64,000 nucleotides of DNA from Octopus sinensis (lineage: Eukaryota), in NCBI RefSeq assembly GCF_006345805.1, contig NC_043001.1, positions 26,226,001 through 26,290,000 on the forward strand, in the 5' to 3' direction. Of this stretch, positions 63,480 to 64,000 are shown in pieces (the stretch's first letter is position 1; each line of letters starts with the position of its first letter). The notes under the pieces were generated by a model. That model saw only the letters and a program-made list of their open reading frames with translations. It was not told the origin of the DNA and made no database searches. A program made the translations under genes and the position numbers.

Positions 63480-64000
63480 CACACACACACATACATACAT
63501 CTACATAACAGCCCACTAACTATTCTACCTGTATATAAATATAAAATATGGGTATGGGGGTATGATTACCTACTATATATATTTCCTCTTTTGTACTGGA
63601 TGTTTCATTAATGAGTATGTACTCCTGTATTTGTCTGAGTGTTAACTCCTTTGGGTGCTTGAATAAAATGCAGATATTAAGTTGACCCAGGTTGTGGATG
63701 TCAAGTTGACCCAAGTTGCCTCCATGTTGGACTAAGATGACCCAGGTTGCTTCCATGTTGATCCCGGGACCAACATGGAGACAACCTGGGTCAACTTGAC
63801 ATCTGCATTTTATCCAAGCACCCAAAGGACCCAACACTCAGAGAAATACAGGAGTATGTCATCATAAATGAAACATTCCCAGTGCTAAGTATGAAATATA
63901 TGTAGTAGGTAATCATACTCCCATACCCACAGTTTATATTTATATACAGGTAGAATAGTTAGTGGGCTGTTATGTAGATGTATGTATGTGTGTGTGTGTA
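63480..64000. repeat. Long near-palindromic inverted repeat centred on cccggg at 63763-63768, running to the window edge
   Basis: 63480-63700 is the reverse complement of about 63790-64000 with scattered mismatches. Confidence 0.9.

Overview
AT-rich, repeat-dense eukaryotic DNA. The SINE families, compound (TA/TG/CA)n microsatellites and RTE/CR1 LINE remnants look like Octopus; this organism call is pattern recognition, not a database match. The main content is a multi-exon protein-coding gene on the minus strand that the ORF track mostly misses. I reconstructed 18 GT-AG exons from 37769 down to the window edge at base 1. They join with consistent phases into a stop-free frame of 1811 nt (603 codons + 2 nt): KEQLLFQYDP...LFHWREFPIVLP...KWHLSQLLQKGS...EYLQRVY...WSAHDIA...PTRVFTFATKIWFPQHW...TRYPMWRWWNYVHRTWAWMWNSMFFFLVVIPLFSPISFRALF...GVLYPKESYVVHTLISRLRLLWQN. 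The protein is mostly helical/coiled-coil with a hydrophobic Trp-rich segment near the edge. It resembles, from memory, an uncharacterised family conserved in invertebrates, so I give no gene symbol. The start codon exon is unresolved and the 3' end lies outside the window. Introns and upstream DNA hold at least four SINE families, RTE and CR1 LINE pieces, a full-length decayed mariner, a Merlin transposase remnant, a Gypsy gag remnant, piggyBac-, hAT- and Tc2/pogo-type MITEs, Helentron-like elements, a MITE with a 6-bp TSD and TTAGGG repeats, and several long inverted repeats. There is no CRISPR array, rRNA or bona fide tRNA. I found no new multi-gene system; the best leads are the uncharacterised gene, its splicing and promoter anomalies, and the dsRNA-forming repeats.
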